This document shows, piece after piece, positions 52,096 through 64,000 of a DNA stretch of 64,000 bases. Position 1 is the first letter of the stretch. Each line of letters begins with the position of its first letter. A program made the translations under genes and the position numbers. The DNA is from Podarcis vaucheri (lineage: Eukaryota): assembly GCA_965113315.1 (NCBI GenBank), contig OZ220365.1; one strand, 5' to 3'. The notes below the pieces were generated by a model. That model did not search any database. It worked only from the letters and a program-made list of their open reading frames with translations, and was not told the origin of the DNA.

Positions 52096-52749
52096 ATCTA
52101 TATGGATCTAGTGGGCTCTACAGTGGGCTAAACTAGGATATTAAATGTATCCAGAAGGGTTTCTCCTTTACACATGAGAACACACTATTTGCTGGTGCCT
52201 GTGTTAGTTATATTGTACCTTGATGAAAAGCCTCAAAACCTCTAGGTCTCCAGATAGCTTGAGGAGAGCATGTGTCAGCATTAAGCACACAAACTTTTGG
52301 CTTTACTACAACCCCTCTGTATACTGCAGTGGCACAAATAGGCTATTAAACCAATTTAATCAGTCAGCAGACAATTTGCCCAGCCTGGGGAATCCCCAAA
52401 TTGTATTGGGGCAATATGGGATCTGGCTGCTTAATTCAAATTTACGGCCCATTTTCACTGGCTTAAATAAGGGCAGGCTTTTCCACAACATGTTGTGCTG
52501 GCTTGAAATACGTTGCACTCTTTCTCCTAAAAATTACCGAAAACTCATCTTCTAAATAGCATTGAGCCCAGAGGAGAAGATCTATAAAGGTTACCAAGCT
52601 GGAATACAATGTCTTCTAATATGAACCAAGAAAGTCTTTAAACAGTTACCCATAGGAAATCAGTTCAAACTCCTAATTAAAAAGAACTATCAATCCCCTT
52701 TCTTAATAGAGCTTTTATCACAGGGGTGAGCCCCCCCCCTTTAATTGAA

Positions 52750-53285
52750 CATAAAGAAAGGGATCAAAAATAAAACTGCCAATATCAAAATGCCTTTAAA
52801 CAAGTATGTGGAGCAACTACACTTGGAATACTTTGTACAGTTCAACTGCAGCATCACAAAAAGGATGCTGGAAACAGTCCAGGTAACTTTCCATGAGAAT
52901 GGAGCAACTCCCCTTACAAGGAAAGGGTTAAGGTCTTTGGGACCTTTTAGTTCAGAAAAAGGGCAAGTAATCAGCAACGCAACAGAGATTTACACAATTA
53001 TTTATGCTGTGAGGAAAGTTGATCATAGTAAAGTTCACTCTCCCTCCTTCCCACCATCTCACAGTATTAGAATCCAGGGTCACTGAATGAAGCAGAAGGA
53101 TTAGAGATTTGGGACATACAAAAGTACTATTTCACACAGCACATTTTTAACCTATGGAATTTGCTACCACAAAATGTGGTCAAGGCCATCAACTTGGGTA
53201 TCCTTAGAAGGAGATTAGACAAATTAAAGCAGCTATCAATGGTTACTACTCATGATGGCTACACATGACCTCCAGGACCAGAAGA
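52750..53285 (+). mobile_element. Old CR1 LINE 3' fragment
   Basis: GIKNKTANIKMPL...HLEYFVQF...LGPFSSEK; ttcacacagc...tggaatttgctaccaca. Confidence 0.8.
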
Positions 53286-54028
53286 AGTTGGAGGGCTTGA
53301 GGTCCAAGCTGGAAAGCTTATATCAAAAAGCATTTCCCTGATAAGATTAGCTGAGATTCCCAATGGTAGTAGAATCAAGTAAGTAAAGCCATTCTTACTT
53401 AGTTGTATCTACCTCAAGAGTAGACCTCTTGAAACTGGTGTGCTGACTAACTTGAATGCTCTGATTTCAGTGGACCTACACTAAAATATGGCTTGGTTGG
53501 ATACAGACCCTCTGTCTTCTTCCAGGCTTGTTTCAATCAAAAGGCCATACCCTGATGCATATTATCATTCAACTTGTACCTGAGACTTAATTATACTCTC
53601 TTGTTTTTATTAATTCCATATCTGTGAGATGTACACCTACACAAATATTATGCTGTGCTATTAGTTGGTGAGCAAAACAACATAATTAAGATGTATAAAA
53701 ACATCCTCCATTGCAAGTAAATATTTTCTTTTTAATTATATTATTACCTGGTTTTATGCGACTAATTACTGGAATTTGTTATATAATTGACTCAGTAAGG
53801 GGAAAAATTATCCAAGCAGCACCGCTTCAAAACAGCATGAACATGGTAATAGATTCCAGTAATTTTAATCTAACAACCTATGGGTCTGTGTAGAATTTAG
53901 TATGCTCACAAGTTTAGTTTATCATATTCAAATTAAATATTAATCGATGCCTAGTTCCTTTGGGAGACGGTTACTGCAAAAGATAAAGCAATTCTGTTGC
54001 AATGATAGACTCTACATTCATATAAGGA

Positions 54029-54185
54029 AGGTCGTAGCTCAGTGGTAGAGCACATGGTTTGCATGCAAAAGGTTCTAGGTTCAGTCCTGGGGTCTCCAGA
54101 TAAGGCTGGACAAAATCCTTGGAATGTCGCTTCCAGTCAGTGTCAACTATACTGAGCTAGACAGACCAATGGTCTGACTTGGTGC
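54029..54185 (+). mobile_element. tRNA-derived SINE (same family as 1304-1461)
   Basis: gtagctcagtggtagagcac...gcatgcaaaaggttctaggttcagtcc...cagtcagtgtcaactatactgagctag. Confidence 0.75.
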
Positions 54186-57100
54186 AAGTCAGACTCTGAG
54201 GTTCCTTCACTATGCTACGACTGCAACAACAGATGCATTGTTGTCAGACTTGGGCAGGTGTCTAGAGTCTGGGATCATCTAGACGTGCATTTTCCCTGTG
54301 CCTGAAAAGCATGGGTCCAATTGGTTTTTATGATTGTCCTGTGCTTTCTAGACACAGATCCGAGTAGTTTTGCCTTTGCCTTGTCACTTTCTCCAAGAAA
54401 AAAAACAACACTAGTGCTAATATCAGTGCAAATGTCAATCTAGGAAAACCCAATTGATCTTTGCTTCTATTCAGTGGTAAAGATTGGGTTTTCCCAGAGG
54501 AAAGTGGTGGGGCAAGCACAAGTCTGGGTGAGCCCCACTAGATTTTTCCCTATCAGCAAGAAAAATCCAGATGCTAAGAAAATATAGTACTTTTACCCAA
54601 GAACTGTGTGGGCCAGATTTGGCCTCTGGGTTTCTGTTTCTCTTGGTCAGCATGAAATTGTGTTTGAGTGGGAATATACCAAAGGGCTATATTGGCCAAG
54701 AAGTGAAGGTACTGCCATTACTTACATTGCTGCCTTATGATAAAGAAATCCAATTATTTGTCCCTGATCCAGACAGAAAGTTAGTACGGCCCTGTTGCAC
54801 AGAAGACAACAGTAGCTTCCACAGCTAGAAGCAAAAGACAGAGTTCCTCCACATAACACAGCCAGAATAATTGCAGCAGTGGGAGCCATGTCATACCCCA
54901 TTTACTGGCCTACCTAGGAGAGAATGGCATGCACACAGGTGGACTGTCCAGCTATGCACAAGAGCAAATGGAATTGTTTTCCATTTTTCCAAGTATTTAC
55001 ATTGCTGCCCTGAATGCCACAGATACCACAACTCACATAACTTCTCTATCTAAAGACACCAGTGCCAAGGTCCCCATGAGCCCACAGAGATGACTAAACC
55101 AACCTCAGTGTAACTTGCTTGTCTTCATAAACCTCTTAGGTGGTAAGCAGAACTTACTATGTTTCTGATGCAAAAAATGATTGCCAGAGTTGGTCTAATA
55201 CATTGCCCAGCTGAGCTCTGTGGAAAATTGCAAAGCTCACAGAATCTTGCACACTGCCAATTGCTTATTTGGACTCCAAGCTCCCCTGTTCCCCACTCCA
55301 GTATATAAAACTAGAGTTTATACATAGTAGGGACACAAAAGAGCTCACGTCATTTGTTCAGCCTATGTACTTCAAGAGTTTCCTGTGTTACTCAGATTTT
55401 GATTTCAATTAAGCCAAGGAATCAACTGCTCATTTGTATCCAAGAGAAAAGGAGACAGGTTTATGCTGAACACCGTAAGTTGTCTTGCCAACATATAGAT
55501 TAGCCACTGCCATCACTTCATCAATGTTTTGCACTAATGAAAATATAAGAATATCACCTTGCTACATATAATAAGCTGACTATTAGGATCATGAGCTATT
55601 GATTAATGAAAACCTAAGTTGATTCTGGGATCAAATGGTCCTCAGTTCCTTTATAGTTCAGAATTAGTGCAGGGTTTTGAAAAGAGGAAGACCACCACCC
55701 TTGACAGGGAGCCTGATAAGAGATAAAATGAAAATACAGATTGAAGACCAAGACAGGATACACTACATAGTGAAGAAGAAGCGTTTCCTATGTTTCTGCA
55801 GTTTGTTTCTCCCCAAAGCACTTTGTAACCATGGTGTAGGGCAGTGTGAGACAGAACCTTGCAACCTCCATGTAGCAAAGCATTTTAGCCACTTAGTCTC
55901 TCTACAATCTCCAGATTAAGACCTCCCAGGATTTAAAAAAGGGAGAAGTTACATTTCAAGTTTCAATATGAAATCGGGGGCGGGGGGGGGGCTTAGATAT
56001 GACGTGGAAGAAGCATGGTCAATGTGTGAAACATAATTCATTTTTCAAGCTGTCATATTTCATATTATCCTTGCATGATTACACTTAAACTCCCTAGCTA
56101 ATTCACTCTGGAGGGAAATGCTCTACAAGTGAAAGGCATATTGGTTTGATGGTAGTTAGCTAAGATGTATGCTCCTGTAGTGGAGTTCACAGCTAGAAAA
56201 CAAGGACCTGTTCACACACCAGTTTTGCTAGCACAGGCAGTCTTGACTCACCAGATATTTGCATGTATTTGAACATGGACAAAATGGATGTATGATGAGG
56301 GTAGGCACAAATATAGTCAGAGACAAGTCCCATAATCACAGGGCTCTTGTGATGTGGAAAATTGTTAGACTATATCCACAATTTCCGGTTTGGCACAATC
56401 TATCCCCTGCTGCCTACATACAGAACTTTATCCTTATGCGGCTCCGCATGCACAGAAGATATCAGCATTGGTGTTATACTGAGTTCTCCCCCTACTGACC
56501 TTCTGCTCCTGCACAGTGCCAGAATCAGTCTAATGTGCCCAGCCATCAGCAGTAACATGAGCACCTCTAGCATGTCACATGCAGTCATCAAGCACAGTCT
56601 CTTCTCAGGCCTACAGTGTACTTGAGTTGGGAAAGAGTGACTACTGAATAACATGTGTACTTTATTGGAGGGTCTCAAGTTACTGTCAATATCTGGGTAT
56701 GTTGTAGTGTACCTGACACATCCAGCTGATGGAATAGATCAGTATGGAGATCACTAGTAGGGAGGGGTGGCAAGGAGGACCTGGCCCAATGGCAGTAGCA
56801 CCAATGGCGTGTACTGGGATGGAGAGGGAACAGGGCACCTACAAGTTCAGGGCAATTTGGGCATAGCAGTGGAGCCAATATGGCATTGCAACAGTGGAAC
56901 CAAAGTGTTCCAACCTCACTGTCACCCTGCCCTACCACTCACCATCCTCATACACAACAGTCCTGGTGCTGGGATAGCAAGTCCATGGAGCCACCCCTTC
57001 TCTGCTGCACAAATTGAAGTATTTTCCATGCAGCCATTTTATGCCTGCAGAACTCTGCACACAGAGAATCTATCATGTGCAGAAAGGTATGGCTCTTGAC

Positions 57101-57195
57101 AGTTATGTTCATCTATGTGAATGCATAAAAAATGTGCACACTAATAAGGCAATAACGCTCTCTTGTCAATTGCTGATAAAAGCACAAGCTGATGA

Positions 57196-57220
57196 CACAC
57201 ACACACACACACACACACAC
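57196..57220. repeat. (CA)n microsatellite
   Basis: Directly visible. Confidence 0.95.
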
Positions 57221-58077
57221 TTGAGTTCATAACTAAGCATTTCTGTTCAGCTAAATGAAAGAACGGCAGATTTAGCAAAACCAGCTACTAAGCGACAATG
57301 TAAGAGCAAATTCACTTAGATATATTCCAGTATATACTATTAACGTCACCAAGCGTGATAATGCTCTCGAGCTGACATCACTCAAAGACAGAAATGAAAG
57401 CTGTTAAGAAGTCAGTGCCTCACCCGTAAAAGTTTAAGAACCTGAACACTTTAAAGCATCACAAGCTTAATAAGTTGTATATTATACAACATACGTATAC
57501 TCTTGTATCAAAGAAACAGCTGGCCCAACAGCATAAACAAATGAAGTCATTCCTGAGGCCTGCCTAACTTAGAAACCACCCTGATAAAGTTTTCTTGGTT
57601 TATGATGCCAGGTGAGCTTTTCCAATGAAATTAAGTCTTGTTATTTGCACAGGAGCCATCTCTTGTCCTCCAAGTATAATGTAATGTTTTCAGAAATATC
57701 TATTTATCAATGGCAGCGGTGTCTTTCACAGAAATCATTGACATGTGCACAGTTAATTGCAAACTATAAATATGAGAAATGACTTTTACCGTATAACAAC
57801 AATGCTGTCTATACATGCTTAGGATCATGCTATTATTTTGAAATAATGTTTGCACTATATTATAATTTTGGATGCTGCAAAACTCAGCTAAAAATATGCT
57901 TTGGTTCCATTACAAATCAACAGTCAAATCAACTCTTCTCTTCCCTTATAGAGATATAAGATAGTTTATTAGTGTCTTTGGAAATAAGCATATAATTCAG
58001 AGAATGGTGGCAGCATCACCCTGGGGTCAGTGTTAACTTTCATCACTGAAGAGACAGCTGAAGAGAAGAGAAGAGAC

Positions 58078-58581
58078 TGTCCTGAATCCCTGGCCTACCT
58101 GGGGGCAAGTCCCGCTGGTGCATACAATATGTCAAGTCCAAAGTTCAACAGTCAGGAAACAGTCCAGAGTCAAACCCAAAGCATAGTCCCATAGAGGTCC
58201 TGGAGTCTGGACCATTAAAGATGAGGTCCATCAAGAGGGGCAGTTGTGTAGACACAGCAACTCAGCTCTGCTTCCCTTTTATATCTTGCATGTGGATTGC
58301 AGCATCTGGGCTTGACGAAGCATGTGACCCTCACCTGTTCTGAGCCTAATCCATCTGAGGAATCACACACACACACACACACACACCGACCTAACAAACC
58401 ACACAGGGCCTCTCCGGCTCTGATGAGGGGTCCTGCTCTTCTGGTCCCAGAACGCTGAGCCCCCCACCCTCTCAGTGTCCTCTGTCATCCCATGTATACT
58501 TGCTCCAGTTGGTCCCAGTCACAGCTGCATCCCTCGCCAGGATCCTCTTCCTCCTCCCCATTGTCCTGCCAGTTCATGCTA
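58078..58581 (-). mobile_element. Probable decayed solo LTR (Gypsy-like), about 500 bp
   Basis: Ends tgtcctgaat / gttcatgcta approximate TGTCATGAAC...GTTCATGACA; minus-strand TATA atataaaagg near 58276-58284; repeated agtc(c)a units; no clean TSD. Confidence 0.45.
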
Positions 58582-58789
58582 TTGAGTTGCGTTGAGTTAA
58601 TATTTATATCCTGCTTTTCTACCAACAAATGTTGAGCTCAAAGTGACTCACAATAATCACAGTAGCATTAAAAGAAAAACATTGTCATCACTGTAATATC
58701 TAGCACAATCTCATATAAAGCCACAGATGTGCTATGTGCATGGTCACCCTGCCAGAAACAAAAACAGCTTGAGATCAGGTTACCTAAGG

Positions 58790-59045
58790 GACTACTTTCA
58801 TTCTGATAATTCTGCCCAAGAACTGAGACCTTCCACAGATCTCATTTCAGCTAGTCATAGAGTGACAATGCACAAGGGAGTGTTTCCTGTGGTAGCCCTC
58901 CACTGGAGACTGTTGTGACTCCTTCACATCTTATGTTAAGGAGGGCAGTTAAAACTTTTTATCTTTAATAAGGTTTTTTACTGTACACTGCTCCAATCTC
59001 CTTAGGGAGGAAGAGTGGGAGGTAATTAAATTTAAAATAAATAAT
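58790..59045 (+). mobile_element. Old L2 3' fragment
   Basis: tacctaagggactac...ctgccaagaactgagacc-like...tttcctgtggtagccc and AT-rich tail. Confidence 0.45.
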
Positions 59046-59640
59046 CAAATGATAATTAAAAATAAATTTTAAATAAATAGCTTGTGATTGCTTCATCATC
59101 ACTCTCTTTCACTCTCTCTCTCTCACACACACACACCAGAATGACCATGAACACCAGCCCAAAGCTGACATAGTATTGAAAAAGTTAAGGCTACGTTATT
59201 GCAGTATTTTCCCCCCTCACTTTTTCTAAAACGGTCAGACAGAAAGCAATCATAAACAAAAGAAGAGCAATGCTGGCCTGAAAGTTTGTATTAAATATCA
59301 AACTGCAAACACAAAAGCCTTGCAATTCTCCTGTCATTTCTTTATAAGAAACTTACCGCTGTGCTGCCAGGGTAAAGTCACTGGATTTGCAAGAATACCG
59401 TGTGCCTTTCCTTTTAAATTCTGAATTATCTCCAAAAAGATATGAAGGAGGACATGCTCTGAAGAGCAAAGATTGCTGAGTTCCAGACTGCCAACATTGT
59501 CACCCAAGGCCCCCCAGAATGTAGAATTCCCAAGAAGTATGCCCATTTTAATATACATTTTCTCATCTCAGACCAAAGTCAGATTGCTGGAAGCCTCATT
59601 AAGCTTTAACTGTCAAACAATTAATTCACATGCAGACTTA

Positions 59641-59980
59641 AAAGGTAAAGGTAAAGGGACCCCTGACCGTTAGGTCCAGTCACAGATGACTCTGGGGTTG
59701 CGGTGCTAATCTCGCTTTAATGGCTGAGGGAGCCGGTGTACAGCTTCCGAGTCATGTGGCCAGCATGACTAAGCCACTTCTGGCGAAACCAGAGCAGCTC
59801 ATGGAAACACCGTTTACCGGAGCAGTGCCTATTTATCTACTTGCACTTCGTGCTTTTGAACTGCTAGGCTGGCAGGAGCAGGGACCAAGCAAAGGGAGCT
59901 CACCCCGTTGTGGGGATTCAAACCGCCGACCTTCTGATCAGCAAGCCCTAGGCTCTGTGGTTTAACCCACAGCACCACCC
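59641..59980 (-). mobile_element. Sauria SINE lacking the first ~7 nt of its head
   Basis: Diagnostic body; TSD gactta at 59635-59640 and 59981-59986. Confidence 0.93.
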
Positions 59981-60069
59981 GACTTAGCCTCTTTCAAATG
60001 CATATCCATCAAGGTAATTCTCAATAGAAGGCTGACACATTTGAGTCTATTCATGTGTCAATGAATGTG

Positions 60070-60201
60070 TCTTCACATTCAAATTAGCTGGCACAAGAGG
60101 AGGTATGTGTCAATGAGTGTGGGCTTTAACGTGAGGAGGGGCTTGCAGTGTGCATACAAGACACATACCTCCTCTTGTGCCAGCTAATTTGAATGTGAAG
60201 A
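60070..60201. repeat. Perfect 42-bp inverted repeat with 48-bp spacer
   Basis: 60070-60111 is the exact reverse complement of 60160-60201. Confidence 0.97.
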
Positions 60202-61167
60202 TCTGAAGGGAGATTAAAAGCATGTTCAGCTGAATGTGCTTAGATGCCTTCTTGTTGTCAAAGCTCCTGATTGCAGGAAGGGTTCTACGGGAGTTCAGTC
60301 AAATGTGTGTCAAATCTCCCCTCTTAGACCTTTGCTGTCAATGCACAAAGGCCAAAACTGGAGCCAGTATATGAGGGCAGAGGGGAAAGGAGTTGTTTGT
60401 GCGCACTCTGTCCCCCACTCCCCAATGCATGTAGTTTCATTAGTGGTTGAACAATGGAGCTTGCTTTCCCTCTTCTCTCCAGAGCTCCCCCACACCTCCT
60501 AAATGTGTTCTAGGGGTCCCCTCAACACTCTGGAGAAGATTGTGAGAGGTACAAGGAGAGGACAGGGAGGGGAACATCTGTTGCGCAAACAAATCCTTGC
60601 ACTAGTAGAACTACTTCATTCGATACTGCCACAAGTGTTGCTTTCAACTAAGAGCAGGAACACCATTCTCTATCACAGCCATTTTGGGAAACAACAAATA
60701 TTTAAATCAGTCGTTCACCTTCAATTTAAAGTGCTGGTTGAGTGGTTGTTCCCCCCCCCCCACTTTATTAAACTGTCTAATCACAGTACAAAGAAAGGCT
60801 TTTTTAAAAAAGTCATCACTACAGGTCACAAAAAAGGTTCTTTAAAAAAAAATCAGTAAATGTTTAAACTTCTGCTGTTCTACACCAGTGATTATTTTAG
60901 CTCATAATCTATTTCTCAGCCACTTCTTCACAAACAAGATGGTACAATCAGATTTATAATAAGGCTTTTTAATGAATACAAGCCTCGGCAATAATGATAC
61001 CAAATTAATTGGATATCACTGAAGATAAAAGGGCATTTCTGTGCTTTACCAGCTATGATTCAAAACTATAGTAACAGAAAGATCTGTTATTTATTTGTTC
61101 AATGTGGTTTAATATTTTGTATTTCAGTCTTTTGCAGACCTGCAAACAAACCAACTGGTAGATATTA

Positions 61168-61178
61168 TATAGATAGAT

Positions 61179-61224
<46 letters not shown>
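61168..61224. repeat. (GATA)n microsatellite
   Basis: Directly visible. Confidence 0.95.
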
Positions 61225-61234
<10 letters not shown>

Positions 61235-61460
61235 TAGATAGATAGTTTTATTAGGGATGGTGGCAGGTCTTCTGAGATTTATTTACTTATTTATTTATTT
61301 AAAAGGAAACAAGTTGCATTGTTAAGCAGTCCTAGTAAGTGCAGCTTGAAGTCTGTAAGCATTAAACACAGGCAACTACTGTCCTTTTTTTTTACCAGGC
61401 TGGTTCAAAGGGAACTGGAACTTTCATATCCCAGTTTTTATTCCATGTGTGAAAAACTTG

Positions 61461-61719
61461 CCGTATTTTTTGCTCTATAAGACTCACTTTTTCCCTCCTA
61501 AAAAGTAAGGGGAAATGTGTGCGCGTCTTATGGAGCGAATGCAGGCTGCGCAGCTATCCCAGAAGCCAGAACAGCAAGAGGGATTGCTGCTTTCACTGCG
61601 CAGCGATCCTTCTTGCTGTTCTGGCTTCTGAGATTCAGAATATTTTTTTTCTTGTTTTCCTCCTCCAAAAACTAGGTGCGTCTTGTGGTCTGGTGCGTCT
61701 TATAGAGCGAAAAATACGG
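61461..61719. mobile_element. Tc2/pogo-like MITE with CCGTA ends, 259 bp
   Basis: TIRs ccgtattttttgctctataagac / gtcttatagagcgaaaaatacgg; internal hairpin; CpG-rich. Confidence 0.85.
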
Positions 61720-62401
61720 TGCCTAGCCCTGAGCTCTGTGGCAGCTTTCACCAATCTGGTGCCCTCTAGGTGTTTGGTGCTATAACTCCCATTACCACCA
61801 GCCAGCAACGCCACAAAATCTTACATCAATTTTGGCAGGGGCTGATGGAAGCTGTAGTCCAAAGTTTCTAGGTTGGCAAAGGCTGTAGCACTCGTCTTTA
61901 TTGTGAGGTGATCCTCTGTAGGCACTGTGAAGCCGCACTGTGGCTTGAGGCAGACCCTGTAATCTGTTGAGAAGCACACAGGCAAAGGCTTTCTGCACAG
62001 CAAGAAGATTGCATGGCTGTTGTTACAATCATGGTAGTCACATTTGTTCTGCTAGAGAGCAGCAATGTTATGGTTGTGTATGCCTTGTGGCATGGATCCT
62101 TTTCCCCAACACTGCAAGAGAAGGCCACAGAGGTGTGTCATGAAAGAGGAATTGTGACCGGCTTTGAGTTGGGATTCCGTCTTCTCCCCCCAGCAATAAC
62201 TGGCCCTTAATGCTGACCTCAAACCAGTCAGGGATCCTTTGCTCTCTTTAGCCAAAGAAGGACATAGCTCTGTTGTGTGTGAATAGGTATGTCAATTGAG
62301 AAAAAATAATGGTGATGATGATGGCAATGCTCTAAAATATTATTAATCTCTGCGGCCTTGTGCACTATAGTAAGTGCTCGTCTAGTTTGTTAAGTGAGGG
62401 C

Positions 62402-62453
62402 TCATAAAAAGTTCCTAGTAGTTTTCATAAAAGTTCCTAGTAGTTCTCATAAA
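62402..62453. repeat. 22-23 bp tandem duplication
   Basis: tcataaaa(a)gttcctagtagtt, about 2.3 copies. Confidence 0.9.
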
Positions 62454-63574
62454 TAAAAGTCTGTGATATGAGTCATTCTTGCCATTGTTTTGTAACTCAG
62501 TATCACTTTCTGTTCCAGAGAGAGAGAGACTCAGCAGCAATTTACAAGACAAAGCAAAATATGAATGCTAAATCAAGCTAAATGATCTGCCAAAGACCAC
62601 ACTAAAGAAAATAATGGGTTCTATATGTTATAGTAAAATGCCCATTGAAAATTACCTCTGAGCATATGACAAAAGATATCAAGAGATTCAGCATTTAATG
62701 GAACCAAACTTAATTTTTCTGGGAATATGGGGCAATCATAAAAAGTCTATGTCACAACCTCAGTGCATTCTATACAATGTTAAATTTCAATTGTTGGGCA
62801 GTGCAGACTTATGACATAAGTACAAAATTACAACAATAAGATCTGTAATAGGAAATGGTGATTATTTATCAAATGAGGAATTGTCAACTACAATGGAAGC
62901 TAACAAGCCCCATGGTATCAGTATTTTCAGCTAAGGAGCTTTCCGATGATAATTTTAGAAAAAGAGAAAGGAGAATTGGTACAATTGACATCATTTGAAG
63001 AAATAATTACACAAGGGGGGGGACTGTTATCCAAAATATGATAATATTTTTATACTTCATGAAGTATAAAGGAAATGAACATTGACAATAAAAAGATTAA
63101 AATAAATCTCTCAGATGAAATGTGGAAATAAATATTTTCTTCCCAGTTCTTCCTATCCTTGTTTTAATCATGCCTCTGCCATTGTTTTAAACTATCACCT
63201 TTCTCCCTCTCAGGGTCTCTCCCTTCTCCCATGCCATGGCCACTGCTGTTGTGCAGATTGCCTTCACTTTTGCTCCCCTATGCCATCCATGAAAATCCAC
63301 AACTGTGATGCAGTTGTCCAGGGAGGACTATGAAATGACATTCTTACATTTTTATTATAGAAAGAGATGCATTTTAGGAAATATTTATATTACATTAAAG
63401 TTATGGTTCTAATGTAGGATTGATTTTCTGTCCCACTCTTCCTCCCAAAGAAGCCCATGGCAGCATACAGAAGTAAGTTATAAATCTGGTGAATATTAGG
63501 TAATGTGTAATATATCACATGTGCTCTTTGTTCACCTGTGTATTTAATTTTTTTTTAAAAAAACCAACACCAGG

Positions 63575-63818
63575 CAGGCTCTCCATTAAAGCTTGGAGAC
63601 CCGGGACATAGTGATGTTAAAATCAGGGGCGTCTTGCCCATAGAGGCAAGTGGGGTGCCTCCCGGCATCAACTCGCCGCCCTCGCCCGCCCCACTGAAGC
63701 AGCGCCGCACCCGGAACCTCCGCCTCCTCCCCGCCGGAGGGGCCACCCTGCAGCCGCTGCCTGCCTCCTCCAGTCCTGCAAAGTTGCCAGCAGTGCTGTA
63801 AAAAGGTTGGCAACTCTG
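63575..63818. mobile_element. GC/CpG-rich composite of probable MITE fragments
   Basis: TIR-like ends caggggcgtc, ggccaccctg and gttggcaactctg; short hairpin cttgcc-cataga-ggcaag. Confidence 0.45.
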
Positions 63819-64000
63819 GGAAATTGTCAGCTGCTTTATTTCTATGCAAGGATGTTTTTGCTTTGAACTTTATTTATTATTTCAACTGGGTGTTTTAAGC
63901 TGCCCTGAAAAAAAATATTTTCAGGATATAAAATAAAGGCAATATGTACACAACAAATAACGTTGAAGCAGTAGGCATAGCACTCTTGGAAAGTACCCTG

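Noticed and set aside
54029-54090. tRNA-Ala/Cys-like gene
   Set aside because: Degenerate stems, and it continues into a SINE body shared with other copies.
1-64000. The supplied 60-135 aa ORFs as host genes
   Set aside because: Lengths and composition fit random ORFs in non-coding DNA. Similar peptides at 7966, 14976, 42374 and 59720 are translations of Sauria SINE copies, not a protein family.

Overview
Eukaryotic, AT-rich, CpG-depleted non-coding DNA from a squamate, most likely a lacertid lizard (inferred from four Sauria SINEs, a BovB tail, Ther1/MIR-derived SINEs and Tigger-like MITEs). It reads as a long intron or gene desert. I found no host coding exon, rRNA, tRNA or CRISPR array that I can support. 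The only supplied ORFs with recognisable homology are LINE relics (CR1, L2, RTE-X). Dispersed TEs (several with intact target-site duplications, TSDs) and microsatellites are separated by TE-poor blocks rich in homeodomain motifs that may be conserved enhancers. I cannot support a novel gene system here. The best structural leads are: (1) a perfect 42-bp inverted repeat at 60070-60201 with a template-switch signature, plus several smaller perfect hairpins; (2) a pre-miRNA-sized hairpin inside a young MITE that has TG rather than TA flanks; (3) an in-frame L2/CR1 reverse-transcriptase junction; (4) candidate enhancer blocks. Family names come from recognition by eye, not database searches, and boundaries of old repeats are approximate.
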